From assembly GCA_963716725.1 (NCBI GenBank), contig CAVQUB010000021.1, positions 96,001 through 160,000 on the forward strand: a DNA stretch of 64,000 nucleotides, written 5' to 3'. Positions 22,022 to 30,957 of the stretch are shown here, piece by piece (within the stretch, counting starts at the first letter, position 1; each line of letters starts with the position of its first letter). This stretch comes from an uncultured delta proteobacterium. GTDB taxonomy: Bacteria > Myxococcota_A > Polyangia > Polyangiales > Polyangiaceae. The notes below the pieces were generated by a model. It worked only from the letters and a program-made list of their open reading frames with translations. It ran no database searches and was not told the DNA's origin. The translations under genes were made by a program, and so were the position numbers.

Positions 22022-22447
22022 TCAGGGCGCGCAGGCTGGCGGGGCCTGAGGCGCCTGGCCACACGCCAGCGCGAGACGCACCTCGACGGCGTCAATCCAC
22101 TCTCGATGCGTGGCGCGATGCGGCTCCAGGATCTCTCTCGCGCGCGCGTAGCTCTGCGCGGCGTGCCCGGGCTGGCGGTTTTGAAGCCGCAAATCGCCCA
22201 GCTGCACGAAAGAATACGCGGGTTCGGGACACTCGTAGCCGCAGGCGGCGATCCGCACGACCAACGCTCCGGTCGCGAAGTGAATCGCCGATGGCAGATC
22301 GCCCAAGCCGGCGAGTGCCCGCGCGCGTTGCTCGAAGCGAAGCGCTCTGTAGCGTGGCTCTTCGCTCGCTCGGTTCTGCGCCCCACACGCCGCGAGACCA
22401 ACCCCAATCGCGAGGACCCAAGCGCGAGGCACGACCCAGGGTGCCAC
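22022..22447 (-). CDS. Small TPR lipoprotein
   Basis: GLAAC lipobox; kinesin-light-chain-like TPR (AYSFVQLGDL..AAQSYARAREI). Confidence 0.6.
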   Translation of the reverse strand: MAPWVVPRAWVLAIGVGLAACGAQNRASEEPRYRALRFEQRARALAGLGDLPSAIHFATGALVVRIAACGYECPEPAYSFVQLGDLRLQNRQPGHAAQSYARAREILEPHRATHREWIDAVEVRLALACGQAPQAPPACAP

Positions 22448-22480
22448 GGCGGAGCGGATGCGCTACTAACCGACATCAGC

Positions 22481-23827
22481 ATGCAGTCGCGAAGTCTGGT
22501 CCTGGCGCTCGTGCTCGCGGCGGCGAGCTGTGCCGGCCCGCGCACCGGGCCGCGGGCGGCGCCGGCTCGTCCGTCGCTCGCCGTCGACCAAGACGCCGAG
22601 CTCGGGCGCTTGGCCGACCAGCAGGTCATGGCGGAGGTGCGAGCGCTCCCGGATCGCGCCCTGCAGACCTACGTCGAGGGCGTGCTGGCTCGCGTGGCTG
22701 CCCACGCCGATCCGACGGCCAGCCGTTGGACCCTGCGTCTCCTCGACACCTCTCATGTGAGCGTGCGCTCGGGGCCGGGGGGGTACGTATACGTCACGCG
22801 CGGGCTGCTGGCCTTTCTCGGCTCCGAGGCCGAGCTCGCGGCGGCGCTCGCCCACGAGGTCGCCCACGTCTCGGGGCGCGACTGGAGACGCCAAGCCGAG
22901 AGCCTCGCCGCCCACGGAGTCGAAGACGGCGACATCAGCAAGCTGCGCCCGGACGATCGCCTCGCACTCCTGTCACGCCTGCGACGTGAAGAGCACTTGG
23001 CCGACGAGCGCGCGCTGGGATACCTGGAACGCGCCGGGTACGCCCGCGGTGGATTGGCGGAAGTGCTCGGGCTCTTCGAGGCGCTCGAGCGCCTCGCCGG
23101 CGGCAACCGCGTCCCTCCGTCGCTGCGAACCCACCCCGCGACGCGTGAGCGGCTGAGTGCCATTGGAAAGCGCTCGACGCCCGGCGGCGAGTGGAGGAAG
23201 GCCGAATACCTGGCCAAGATCCAGGGCCTGCTCTTCGGCGAAGATGCTCGGGACGGCTATCTGATCGGCGACCGCTACGTGGTACCCAACGCCGACTTCG
23301 AGCTCCCGCTGCCAGCGGCTTGGCGCGCGCGCTTGGTGGGTCGGGATCTGATCGCCGCTCTGCCTGGCAAAGCCACCATCCTGTTGGTCGCGCGCTCCGA
23401 GCACGGGACTCTCGAGCGGACCCTGAGCGCGCTCGGAGACGCCACGAGCTTCACCGAGCTCAGCCTCGGCGAGCGGCGCGCGTTCTCCGCTCGCAAACCC
23501 AGCGACGGCGGGCTGACTTCGATGAGCTACGTGTTCGACACCCCGGGGGCACCGCTGGTACTGGCCTTGGTGGTGCCCGGAGGGGAAGAAGACAGCGAGC
23601 CCGTCCGCGTGCTGTTGGGCAGCGTCCGAAAGATCGCCGACCCGGCGCTTCGCAACCTGGGCACGCTCCGCGTCCACGTCGTGAAGCTCGAGGCACCCAG
23701 CTCCCTGCGCGCGGTCGCGCAGGCTCGACCCACGCATACGAACCTCTCGACGCTCGCCCTGATCAATGGCGTCGACCCGGATCAGGTCCTGCCCACCGGG
23801 ACGCTGATCAAGCGCATCGAGCCCTGA
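22481..23827 (+). CDS. M48 family zinc metalloprotease lipoprotein with LysM-like C-terminus
   Basis: AASC lipobox; PGGYVYVTRGLL, ELAAALAHEVAH, THP motif; LALINGVDPDQVLPTGTLIK. Confidence 0.88.
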   Translation: MQSRSLVLALVLAAASCAGPRTGPRAAPARPSLAVDQDAELGRLADQQVMAEVRALPDRALQTYVEGVLARVAAHADPTASRWTLRLLDTSHVSVRSGPGGYVYVTRGLLAFLGSEAELAAALAHEVAHVSGRDWRRQAESLAAHGVEDGDISKLRPDDRLALLSRLRREEHLADERALGYLERAGYARGGLAEVLGLFEALERLAGGNRVPPSLRTHPATRERLSAIGKRSTPGGEWRKAEYLAKIQGLLFGEDARDGYLIGDRYVVPNADFELPLPAAWRARLVGRDLIAALPGKATILLVARSEHGTLERTLSALGDATSFTELSLGERRAFSARKPSDGGLTSMSYVFDTPGAPLVLALVVPGGEEDSEPVRVLLGSVRKIADPALRNLGTLRVHVVKLEAPSSLRAVAQARPTHTNLSTLALINGVDPDQVLPTGTLIKRIEP

Positions 23828-23833
23828 ACGGTA

Positions 23834-24112
23834 CTAACGTACCAAGCTCGCCAGGACCAAGACCAAGACCAGAAGCATCGCGAGGATGCCTAGGATCCAG
23901 AGGATGAGGCCTCGCCACGCACCACTGAGCGTTCTTCCTCCGCGGTCCTCGCAAGCAAGACAGATGGCCCAGGGCCGAGTGCCGCCTTCGGTCAATACGC
24001 AACAGTCTCCGCAGATGGGCACGCGGCAGCGCGCGCAGGGTCCCACGGCCAACGCCCCACAGCGGACGCAGTGCTCGCCGCCGCCGTCGTCGTGGGAGGT
24101 GAGCTCAGGCAC
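23834..24112 (-). CDS. Zinc-finger (B-box-like) membrane protein
   Basis: CVRC, CARC, CGDC and CLAC motifs followed by a TM helix. Confidence 0.7.
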   Translation of the reverse strand: MPELTSHDDGGGEHCVRCGALAVGPCARCRVPICGDCCVLTEGGTRPWAICLACEDRGGRTLSGAWRGLILWILGILAMLLVLVLVLASLVR

Positions 24113-24131
24113 GGGAGGGGATTCTAGTGCC

Positions 24132-24479
24132 TCACCAGCGGGACATCGCTCCCAGGTTCTTCACGACGGCGAAGCCCGCACCCCGGAGCATGCCGCCCGC
24201 GGTGGCGCTGCGCAGGCCAGACGCGCAGTAGATCACCACCGCGCGGTCTTTGGGGCCGAGCTCGCCGACTCGCGCCGAGAGCTCTCCGAGCGGTATGCAG
24301 ACCGCGTTCGGCAGGTGCCCGCCGGCAAACTCGCCGGGCGTACGCACGTCGAGCAAGAGTGCCCCGGCTTCTACGAGCTTGCGCGCCTCTGCGGGTGAGA
24401 CATCCCCGAATCGGCGCCGCAACATGAGCGCGAGCAGGCCCACGGTGGCAATCAGCAGGATCCACTGAATGGGGGTCAT
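24132..24479 (-). CDS. Membrane-anchored rhodanese domain protein
   Basis: N-terminal TM; LLDVRTPGEFAGGHLP; active-site YCASGLRS. Confidence 0.9.
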   Translation of the reverse strand: MTPIQWILLIATVGLLALMLRRRFGDVSPAEARKLVEAGALLLDVRTPGEFAGGHLPNAVCIPLGELSARVGELGPKDRAVVIYCASGLRSATAGGMLRGAGFAVVKNLGAMSRW

Positions 24480-24528
24480 CGCGGTTGAGTGTTGGAGCCA
24501 CGCGCCGAAAAATGGATTCGCCCCGTGG

Positions 24529-24954
24529 TCAGTCTGGGGAGCGCTGCTCCCGGATGATGCGTTGGAGCTGCCCGGGATCGATGCGCGCATCCATCAGCGG
24601 ATGGATCGCCGAGCCCTCCCACTGGGCGTGGGCCTCGAGGGCGGTGGCGAGCTCGTCGAGCGTCTGCCGGAAGAGCCCGCCCGCTTCGGCGAGCGCGGTC
24701 AGGTCGGAGAGCAGGTCCCTGATGCGATCGTGCTCGTAGCGCACGCGCCGGCAATCAGCGGCGTGGCTCCGGTCGATGAGCGGCAAGAGCTGCGCCTCTT
24801 CGAGCCGGAACTGCAGCTTCAGGCCGCCGGCGAAGAGCACCCACAGAGCGAGCAGCCCGGCCCGGTCCGCCGGCGCGGTCGGGCTCGAGAGCTGATCCAA
24901 GAGCGCGCGGAGGCGCGCGTGCTCCTGGCGGAAATAGCTGCAAAGGTCGCTCAT
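24529..24954 (-). CDS. Hemerythrin-like (HHE) domain protein
   Basis: QEHARL, FRLEEAQLLP, EHDRI and HAQWEG..P spacing of the hemerythrin fold. Confidence 0.7.
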   Translation of the reverse strand: MSDLCSYFRQEHARLRALLDQLSSPTAPADRAGLLALWVLFAGGLKLQFRLEEAQLLPLIDRSHAADCRRVRYEHDRIRDLLSDLTALAEAGGLFRQTLDELATALEAHAQWEGSAIHPLMDARIDPGQLQRIIREQRSPD

Positions 24955-25004
24955 CGCTGCCCGGGAGCTCGACCTCGGCCGAGCCCCCGCCCCCGGGTCC
25001 GGAC

Positions 25005-27023
25005 TCACTCGATGGGCGGCGGAAGCACGCCCTTGGCCTTGGCCTTTTCGCAGCCGCGTTCGACGCCGGTGGAGCCGTCCTCGGATTTGACGACCTTGAA
25101 CTCGACGCGCCGGTTCTTCTCCCAAGCCGCCCCGTTGTGGCCCTCGTCCAGCGGGCAGTATTCGCCGTAGCCCTGGGAGACGAGCCGTGACTTGGTCACG
25201 CCGCGACTGATCAGCGCGTCGACCACACTGGCCGCGCGATCGCGGGTCAGCTTGAGGTTGTAGTCATCGCTCGAGCGCTCGTCTGCGTGACCGGCCACTT
25301 CGATCACCATGAACTCCGGATGCCCCTTCAGGGTCGCCGCGACCGCGTCCAGGATGGCGGTCGACTCCGGAAGGATCTTGGCGCTGTTCGTCTCGAACAT
25401 GACCTTGTCGAGGATGATGATGTCCGAACCCTCGATCAAGACCTTGCCCTTGTCCGGGCAGCCGTCTTCGTCCTCGAAGCCGTTGTAGGTCTCCGGATCG
25501 TTCGGGCACTTGTCCTTCACGTCCGGGATCTGGTCCTTGTCGTTGTCCGGATCGGGACAGCCGTCCTCGTCTTCGAAGCCGTCCTTGTCTTCGGGATCGA
25601 GCGGACAGCTGTCGTCCTTGTCGAGGATGCCGTCCTTGTCGTTGTCGGGCTCGGGCAGCCGTCGTCGTCCTCGAAGCCGTCGCGGTCTTCGGGATCGTCC
25701 GGGCACTTGTCGCGCGAGTCGAGGATGCCGTCGCCGTCGCGATCGCCGTCCTGGCCCTCCGGGCAGCCGTCGTCGTCGTCGTCGCCGTCGCGATCTTCAG
25801 GGATGTTCGGGCAACGGTCGTCGACGTCCAGGATGCCGTCGTTGTCGTTGTCCGGCTCTGGGCAGCCGTCTTCGTCCCGGAAGGAGTCGAAGTCTTCGGG
25901 ATCGTCTGGGCACTGGTCCACGTCGTCTTTGTAACCGTCGCCGTCGCGATCGCCGATGCTCGGCTCGAAGACGAAGCCGAGCACCATGCGCACGTCGGCC
26001 GCCTGATGACCGGTCACGAAGGCGCGACTTCCGCCGCCCATCATCAGGTAGCTGTTCCGCTCGACGAAGAGCTTGATTCCGCCAAGAAATTCGGCGCTGA
26101 GCTTCTGCTTGGAGTCACTCTTGCCGTCGAGCAGGTAGGTCCCGTAGCTCTCGACCACGAGATCGAGGGGGTCGAGCGCGCGAAACGCGATGCCGGCACC
26201 GAAGGTGGCCAGGTTGCCCGCTTCGAGCTTGCCCTCGGCGAGCTGGTTGCGACCCGCGTTGTCCAGCTCGAACTTCGGGTTCTTGCCGGTGTGACCCCGG
26301 TAGCCCGCGTCGAGGCCGACCTTCAGCCGCCGCGATGAACCGAACCGGTTCTCGAATACGACGTGCGGCCAATACCAAACGCCAGGATCTGCCCCGAGAT
26401 CGCGAGGGGCGTCGCCGACCGGAATGCCACCCTGCACGATGACCGCCAGACCTGGCCCGCGATCGACCCGGGTGAGGCGCAGCTTTCCCTGCAGCGCCAC
26501 GGTGCTGATCTTCTGCGCGTCGAGCTTGCCGGTGTTGTAGGTGTCGCCCGTCGCGCCGAGCTCGTTGGCTTCATTGCCCGCCATCAAGACCACCGGCACC
26601 GTGATGCCGATGCTGCCAAAGTTGGCGATGCCGTAGTTGAAGCCGAAGGTGCCCTGAAACGAGTTTTTGACCAACGCGTCCACGCCGCGCTCGGCGCTGG
26701 GCCCCCCGCTCGCGCAGCTCGGCTCGCCCGGACCCCCGCAAGCGTCGCGGTCGGCATTCGTCCGCATCAAGTTGCGGCCGTAGTCGAGGACCAGTCCGAA
26801 GCTGATGTCGTTGGCTCCGAGGATGTCGGAACCGTTGACCGACATGAACCCCTTGGAGTCGATGGCGGGACGGAACAGGTGGGTGTCCATGCCGTCGCCG
26901 TTCTTCTCGACGACTCGAGGCTCCTCCTGCGCGAACGCCACCCCAGATATCGCGAGCAGCGTGCCGAGGCCCGCCGCGGTCCACGCCCATCGCTGGCAGC
27001 TGCCTGCTGCTATCCCATCGCAT
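25005..27023 (-). pseudogene. TraB-like outer membrane protein (beta-barrel + 5 thrombospondin type 3-like repeats + OmpA C-terminal), interrupted by two frameshifts; may be assembly errors
   Basis: ORFs 25517..26941 and 25005..25706 join at a GGG run (25653-25655) inside a D..DGCP-EPDND repeat. OmpA motifs GHADER..LTRDRAASV..GYGE..NRRVEF. The RBS AGAGGAG + ATG 27023 is out of frame with the signal peptide. Confidence 0.85.
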
Positions 27024-27189
27024 CGTCAGCGCGCTCCTCTCCCGCGGTCGGCTTCCGCGGCCAAGTGTTGCGGCGCCGGAAGCTTGCGAAAATCCAAGAG
27101 TTAGTCGAGCTGACCGTAGCAGAGCCCGATTTTCGGTGTCAACGCGACCCGGGCGCCGGCTCGCGCAAATGCTACGGTGGGAGGCTTTG

Positions 27190-27840
27190 GTGAGGCTGAC
27201 GGTCGCGGTCGCCCTTTTTTCAGCCGCTACGGTGTTGGCGGACAGCTCCATCCTCTGGGCGGCACCCGCCCAGCCCGAACACGCCGTGGCGCCCGCCTCG
27301 AGTCAGGCGAAGAGCGGCGATCGGCGCCGGATCTTCGTCGGAGTCGTAGGGTTTGCCGCGCTGGCCTTGGGGCTGACGGGGCTTTGGCTTCTGCGGCGCT
27401 CTCGAGCCAGAATCGCGGTGTCACCCCCCGCTGAGGGCGCCGCTCCGGGCCCGGTGGTGACCCGCGTGGCCCGAACTGCGCCGCCCGCAGCTGCGGTCCA
27501 GAGCGACGGAGGGCGGCTGGCCTGCCCCGCCTGCCGGGCACAGGCCTCGCCGCCAGCTCTCTTCTGTAAGTTCGACGGGACCCGGCTGGTCCAGCTTCGG
27601 GACGCCGGCGATGCCCGCGAGCCGAGCGGCGGCGTTTGCCCGGTCTGCGAGCAGGATTTCGATCCTGGCATCGACGCCTGTCCGCTCCACGACGAGGATC
27701 TCGTTCCAGCGGCCGAACCCAGCTCCGCCGAGCGGCCCAGCGGGCAGTACCCCAAGATCTGCCCTACCTGCGGAGTCCAGTACCCGAACGGCTCGGGATT
27801 TTGTGGCGCGGACGGCTCGGCACTGGTCACAGTGAACTGA
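27190..27840 (+). CDS. Membrane protein with three zinc-ribbon motifs
   Basis: Signal/TM helices, then CPAC..CKFDG, CPVC..CPLHD and CPTC..CGADG. Confidence 0.75.
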   Translation: MRLTVAVALFSAATVLADSSILWAAPAQPEHAVAPASSQAKSGDRRRIFVGVVGFAALALGLTGLWLLRRSRARIAVSPPAEGAAPGPVVTRVARTAPPAAAVQSDGGRLACPACRAQASPPALFCKFDGTRLVQLRDAGDAREPSGGVCPVCEQDFDPGIDACPLHDEDLVPAAEPSSAERPSGQYPKICPTCGVQYPNGSGFCGADGSALVTVN

Positions 27841-27919
27841 TTGGATCTTGTCGCTTCGCCAGAGCGGCCGAGTTGGTTTAGATTTTGGTCTCGAGTCCAG
27901 AGTTCGGAGCCGAAGCACG

Positions 27920-29470
27920 ATGAAGATTACCTGTCAGTCCTGTGGCGCGAAGTACGCAATCGCGGACGAGAAAGTCCGCGGGCGCCGCGTCAAGGTTCGC
28001 TGCAAAGGTTGCAACGAGCCCATCGTCGTCGATGGCTACAATGAGCCACCGCAGGATCAACACGCCGCGCCGCCCCCAGCCCAAGAGGGAGGAAACGCGG
28101 CGGCTGACACCTGGAGCGTCAACCTGACCGACACCGATCAGCGCTCGATGACGACCAGCGAAATCGTCGATGCTTGGAACGCCGGAAGCATCCCCGCCGA
28201 TGCCTTCGTGTGGAGAGAGGGCATGGACGACTGGGTGCCGCTGGCCTCGGCGCCCGATCTGACGCCGTACCTGTCGGCGGCCCAACACTCGGCGCCGGTT
28301 CAGCCGGAGCCCGCACCAGCGTTCGACTTCTCGCCGCCGGTCGCGGGAGGCGGAGCCGCACGCGTCGAACGATCGCGCGGCGCCGCTGACATCTTTGGTA
28401 GCGCCGCCGCGGCCGGCTCCGAGGAAGAAATGGCCAACGCGCCCTTCGCGGGCGGCGAGGCGTACGACGATCAGAAGCCAACCGGTGCTCGCAACGAAAA
28501 CTCGGTCTTGTTCTCCCTCGATGCGCTCAAGGCCGGGGTTGGACCGGCCACCAGGGCTTCGGCACCGGCGCCGCGGGGCACCGTTCGGCCGGCCGCGAAC
28601 GATTCGGCCGATCTCGACGACATCATGAACATCGGTGGCGGCTCCATGGGCGGGCCGCTGTTCGGAATGGGCGCCAACCAGGCGCTGCTCGCCGCCCCGC
28701 CCCCTCCACCTGAGCCGCCGCCGCGCCCGAGCATCCCGAGCGAGATGCCCGCAGCGTTCAACAGCATGCCGCCTCCCGGCTACCCACCGAAGAAGAGCAA
28801 CACTGTGGTGTTCGCAGTGGGCGGCGGCGTCGCGCTGCTCGCCGTGATCGCCATCGTGATCGGCATATTTGCGCTGCGCAGCGGGAAGACTGAAGAGGCC
28901 AAGGCGGCCACCGGCGACAAGAGCGACAAGAGCGCGCAGGCATCCGGCAAGAGCGGCAGCGCGCCAGACGAGAAGAAGGATGAAAGACCCGCCGATCCGG
29001 ACAAGAAGCCGGACGAGGCGAAGCCGGACGACCCGACCGCAGCCCCCTCGGCGTCGGGCGAGAAGAAAGAAGTCACCGAAGAGGAAAAGAAGCGCTTCGC
29101 CGAGGCGATGAAGAAAAAAGAAGAAGAGGCGGGAAAGGCGCCGGAGGAGAAGAAGGAGGAGAAAGTGGTCAAGAAGGAGGAGCCGTCGAGCGGCGTCGCC
29201 TCGTTCAACAAGGGCGCGGCTATCGCGGCGCTCGGCGGAGCCGCAGCGCAGGCCTCGGGCTGCAAGCGCCCCGGGGGTCCCACCGGCAGCGGCAAGGCCG
29301 TGGTCACCTTCGCGCCCTCGGGTCGGGTCACCAGCGCCAACGTGAGCGGCGGTGAATTCCCGGGCACCTCGGTGGGCAGCTGTGTGGCCGGAGTGTTCCG
29401 GCGCGCGCAGGTGCCCGCCTTCAGCGGAAACGCGGTGACCGTCAGCAAGGGCTTCTCGATCTCACCTTGA
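27920..29470 (+). CDS. GltJ/AgmX-like protein: MJ0042-type zinc ribbon, GYF_2, TM, TonB_C-like C-terminus
   Basis: MKITCQSCGAKYAIADEKV..CKGC; FVWREGMDDWVPL; TM; C-terminal C..G.GKAVVTFAPSGRV..SCV..F. Confidence 0.85.
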   Translation: MKITCQSCGAKYAIADEKVRGRRVKVRCKGCNEPIVVDGYNEPPQDQHAAPPPAQEGGNAAADTWSVNLTDTDQRSMTTSEIVDAWNAGSIPADAFVWREGMDDWVPLASAPDLTPYLSAAQHSAPVQPEPAPAFDFSPPVAGGGAARVERSRGAADIFGSAAAAGSEEEMANAPFAGGEAYDDQKPTGARNENSVLFSLDALKAGVGPATRASAPAPRGTVRPAANDSADLDDIMNIGGGSMGGPLFGMGANQALLAAPPPPPEPPPRPSIPSEMPAAFNSMPPPGYPPKKSNTVVFAVGGGVALLAVIAIVIGIFALRSGKTEEAKAATGDKSDKSAQASGKSGSAPDEKKDERPADPDKKPDEAKPDDPTAAPSASGEKKEVTEEEKKRFAEAMKKKEEEAGKAPEEKKEEKVVKKEEPSSGVASFNKGAAIAALGGAAAQASGCKRPGGPTGSGKAVVTFAPSGRVTSANVSGGEFPGTSVGSCVAGVFRRAQVPAFSGNAVTVSKGFSISP

Positions 29471-29506
29471 GGCGAGACGCGAGATGCCCCGCTGCGGATC
29501 GTCCGC

Positions 29507-30838
29507 TCAGCTCTGACACCCGCAGCCGCACTCGTTCGAGAACGGCACCGACGGCGGCGTGCAGAAGTATTTGACGAGCATGCACTTCTCAGGGCTTTGC
29601 GCCATCCACGTCTTCTTCGGATCGTTGTAGTTGCAGACCGGCTTGCACGCGCCATCGGTGAGGTAGCCCTTGCTCTCACCCGCGTCGCCGGCGTCCGCCG
29701 TGACGGCTCCCTGGAAGCCGCAAGAGTTCGAGTAGGTCTTGGGCGTGCCGTTCTTGATCGTGCCGCAGACCGGCTGGTAGAGCGCCATGCAGGCGACGGG
29801 TTCGTCGCAGTGCCCAGCGCGGATCTCTGAGCTGGAGAGGTTCGAGAGACTCGAGCCCAACCACGACTCGGCTGCCCCCTTGGTCTCGAAGTTCTTCGCG
29901 TAGACCGTCGGCGAATTCACGTTCGGCGGGCTGATCCAGCCGATGGCGCAGTAGCCTTCGGGGCACGCGCCCGCCCAGTACTTGCCCTTGCTCTCGCCGC
30001 TGAACCCAGCCGCCGCGCGCACGACCTTCTGGAACTCGCACAGACTGGCGTAGGTCGCTTCTTGATCGGTGACGATCGGAATGCCGCAGACCTGCGGGTC
30101 GGTGCTGGGGCACTTCTTGGTGTTGAGCGACTCGCAGCTTCCGTAGTTCACCCCGCTCATGGTGACCTGCGGATCGAGCCCAACCCAGGCATCCGCTGCC
30201 GCCTTGTCGTTCGCCGCGAAGTTCTTGGCGTAGTAGCGGCCGTCGCTGGTGGTAAATTCCGCGCAGAGGGGCTGATCCACGCAGACACCCGTCTTGCAGG
30301 GCGCCTGCTTGCACTGGGGAAGCGCGCACGCCTTGCCCGGACCGCAGTCGGCGTCCTCGCTGCATTCCTTGGAGCACGCAGCCGAGAGCGAGTAGGAGTA
30401 CCAGCTGTTCACCTTCTCGTACCAAACCGGAGAAGCGAAGACCCAGTAGTCACCGGGTGAGCCGAGCGTCACGTTCAGGGTCGCCTCGCTGGTGGTGGCG
30501 TAGGTCCAGTCAACGAGCTTTCCCTTCGCGTCGAGCACCATCAAGAACGCACCGAGTTGCTTCGGCCACGTCGCGCTCAGGCTGAAGGTCGTGTCGGTGG
30601 CGGTACTCGCGGAAAACCGGTAGACGTGACGACGGCTCTTCGGCTTGACCGCGTTCTTCAGCGCCCCGGTCTGACAGTCGAAGTCCCAGTCGTAGTAACG
30701 CCACCCGCCCGCGAAGTGAGTCTCCGCGCCCAGCGCGCTGGTGGGTTCGGCGTCGTCGGGCGCCTCCGAGGTGGCCGCACAGCCGGTGAGGGCAGCGAGC
30801 GAGAGTCCGAAACCGACCAGAAAGGCTTTCTTCAACAT
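29507..30838 (-). CDS. Lipoprotein with PPC-like domain and two Kazal-like repeats
   Basis: LTGC lipobox; CPSTDPQVCG..TYASLC and CMALYQPVCG..TYSNSC; Cys-rich C-terminus. Confidence 0.8.
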   Translation of the reverse strand: MLKKAFLVGFGLSLAALTGCAATSEAPDDAEPTSALGAETHFAGGWRYYDWDFDCQTGALKNAVKPKSRRHVYRFSASTATDTTFSLSATWPKQLGAFLMVLDAKGKLVDWTYATTSEATLNVTLGSPGDYWVFASPVWYEKVNSWYSYSLSAACSKECSEDADCGPGKACALPQCKQAPCKTGVCVDQPLCAEFTTSDGRYYAKNFAANDKAAADAWVGLDPQVTMSGVNYGSCESLNTKKCPSTDPQVCGIPIVTDQEATYASLCEFQKVVRAAAGFSGESKGKYWAGACPEGYCAIGWISPPNVNSPTVYAKNFETKGAAESWLGSSLSNLSSSEIRAGHCDEPVACMALYQPVCGTIKNGTPKTYSNSCGFQGAVTADAGDAGESKGYLTDGACKPVCNYNDPKKTWMAQSPEKCMLVKYFCTPPSVPFSNECGCGCQS

Positions 30839-30894
30839 GACGCGTCACCTCTTGGAGCCCATCCCCTGACAGACCCCTACATGTAGGTGGACGC

Positions 30895-30923
30895 GGTGTA
30901 CGCCCCGACTCCGCGTCTGTCAA
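30895..30923 (-). promoter_or_regulatory. Sigma70-type promoter for the Kazal lipoprotein gene
   Basis: Minus strand reads TTGACA-17 nt-TACACC, about 55 nt upstream of ATG 30838. Confidence 0.55.
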
Positions 30924-30957
30924 CGGCCAGCTGACGCGCCGCGTAATTCACGCAATT

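Noticed and set aside
25460..25960. Roughly 99-bp periodic repeats
   Set aside because: Explained by coding TSP3-like repeats of the OmpA protein.
27091..27103. IHF-like site AATCCAAGAGTTA in the ompA divergent region
   Set aside because: One mismatch to consensus, and no sigma54 promoter found nearby to support it.
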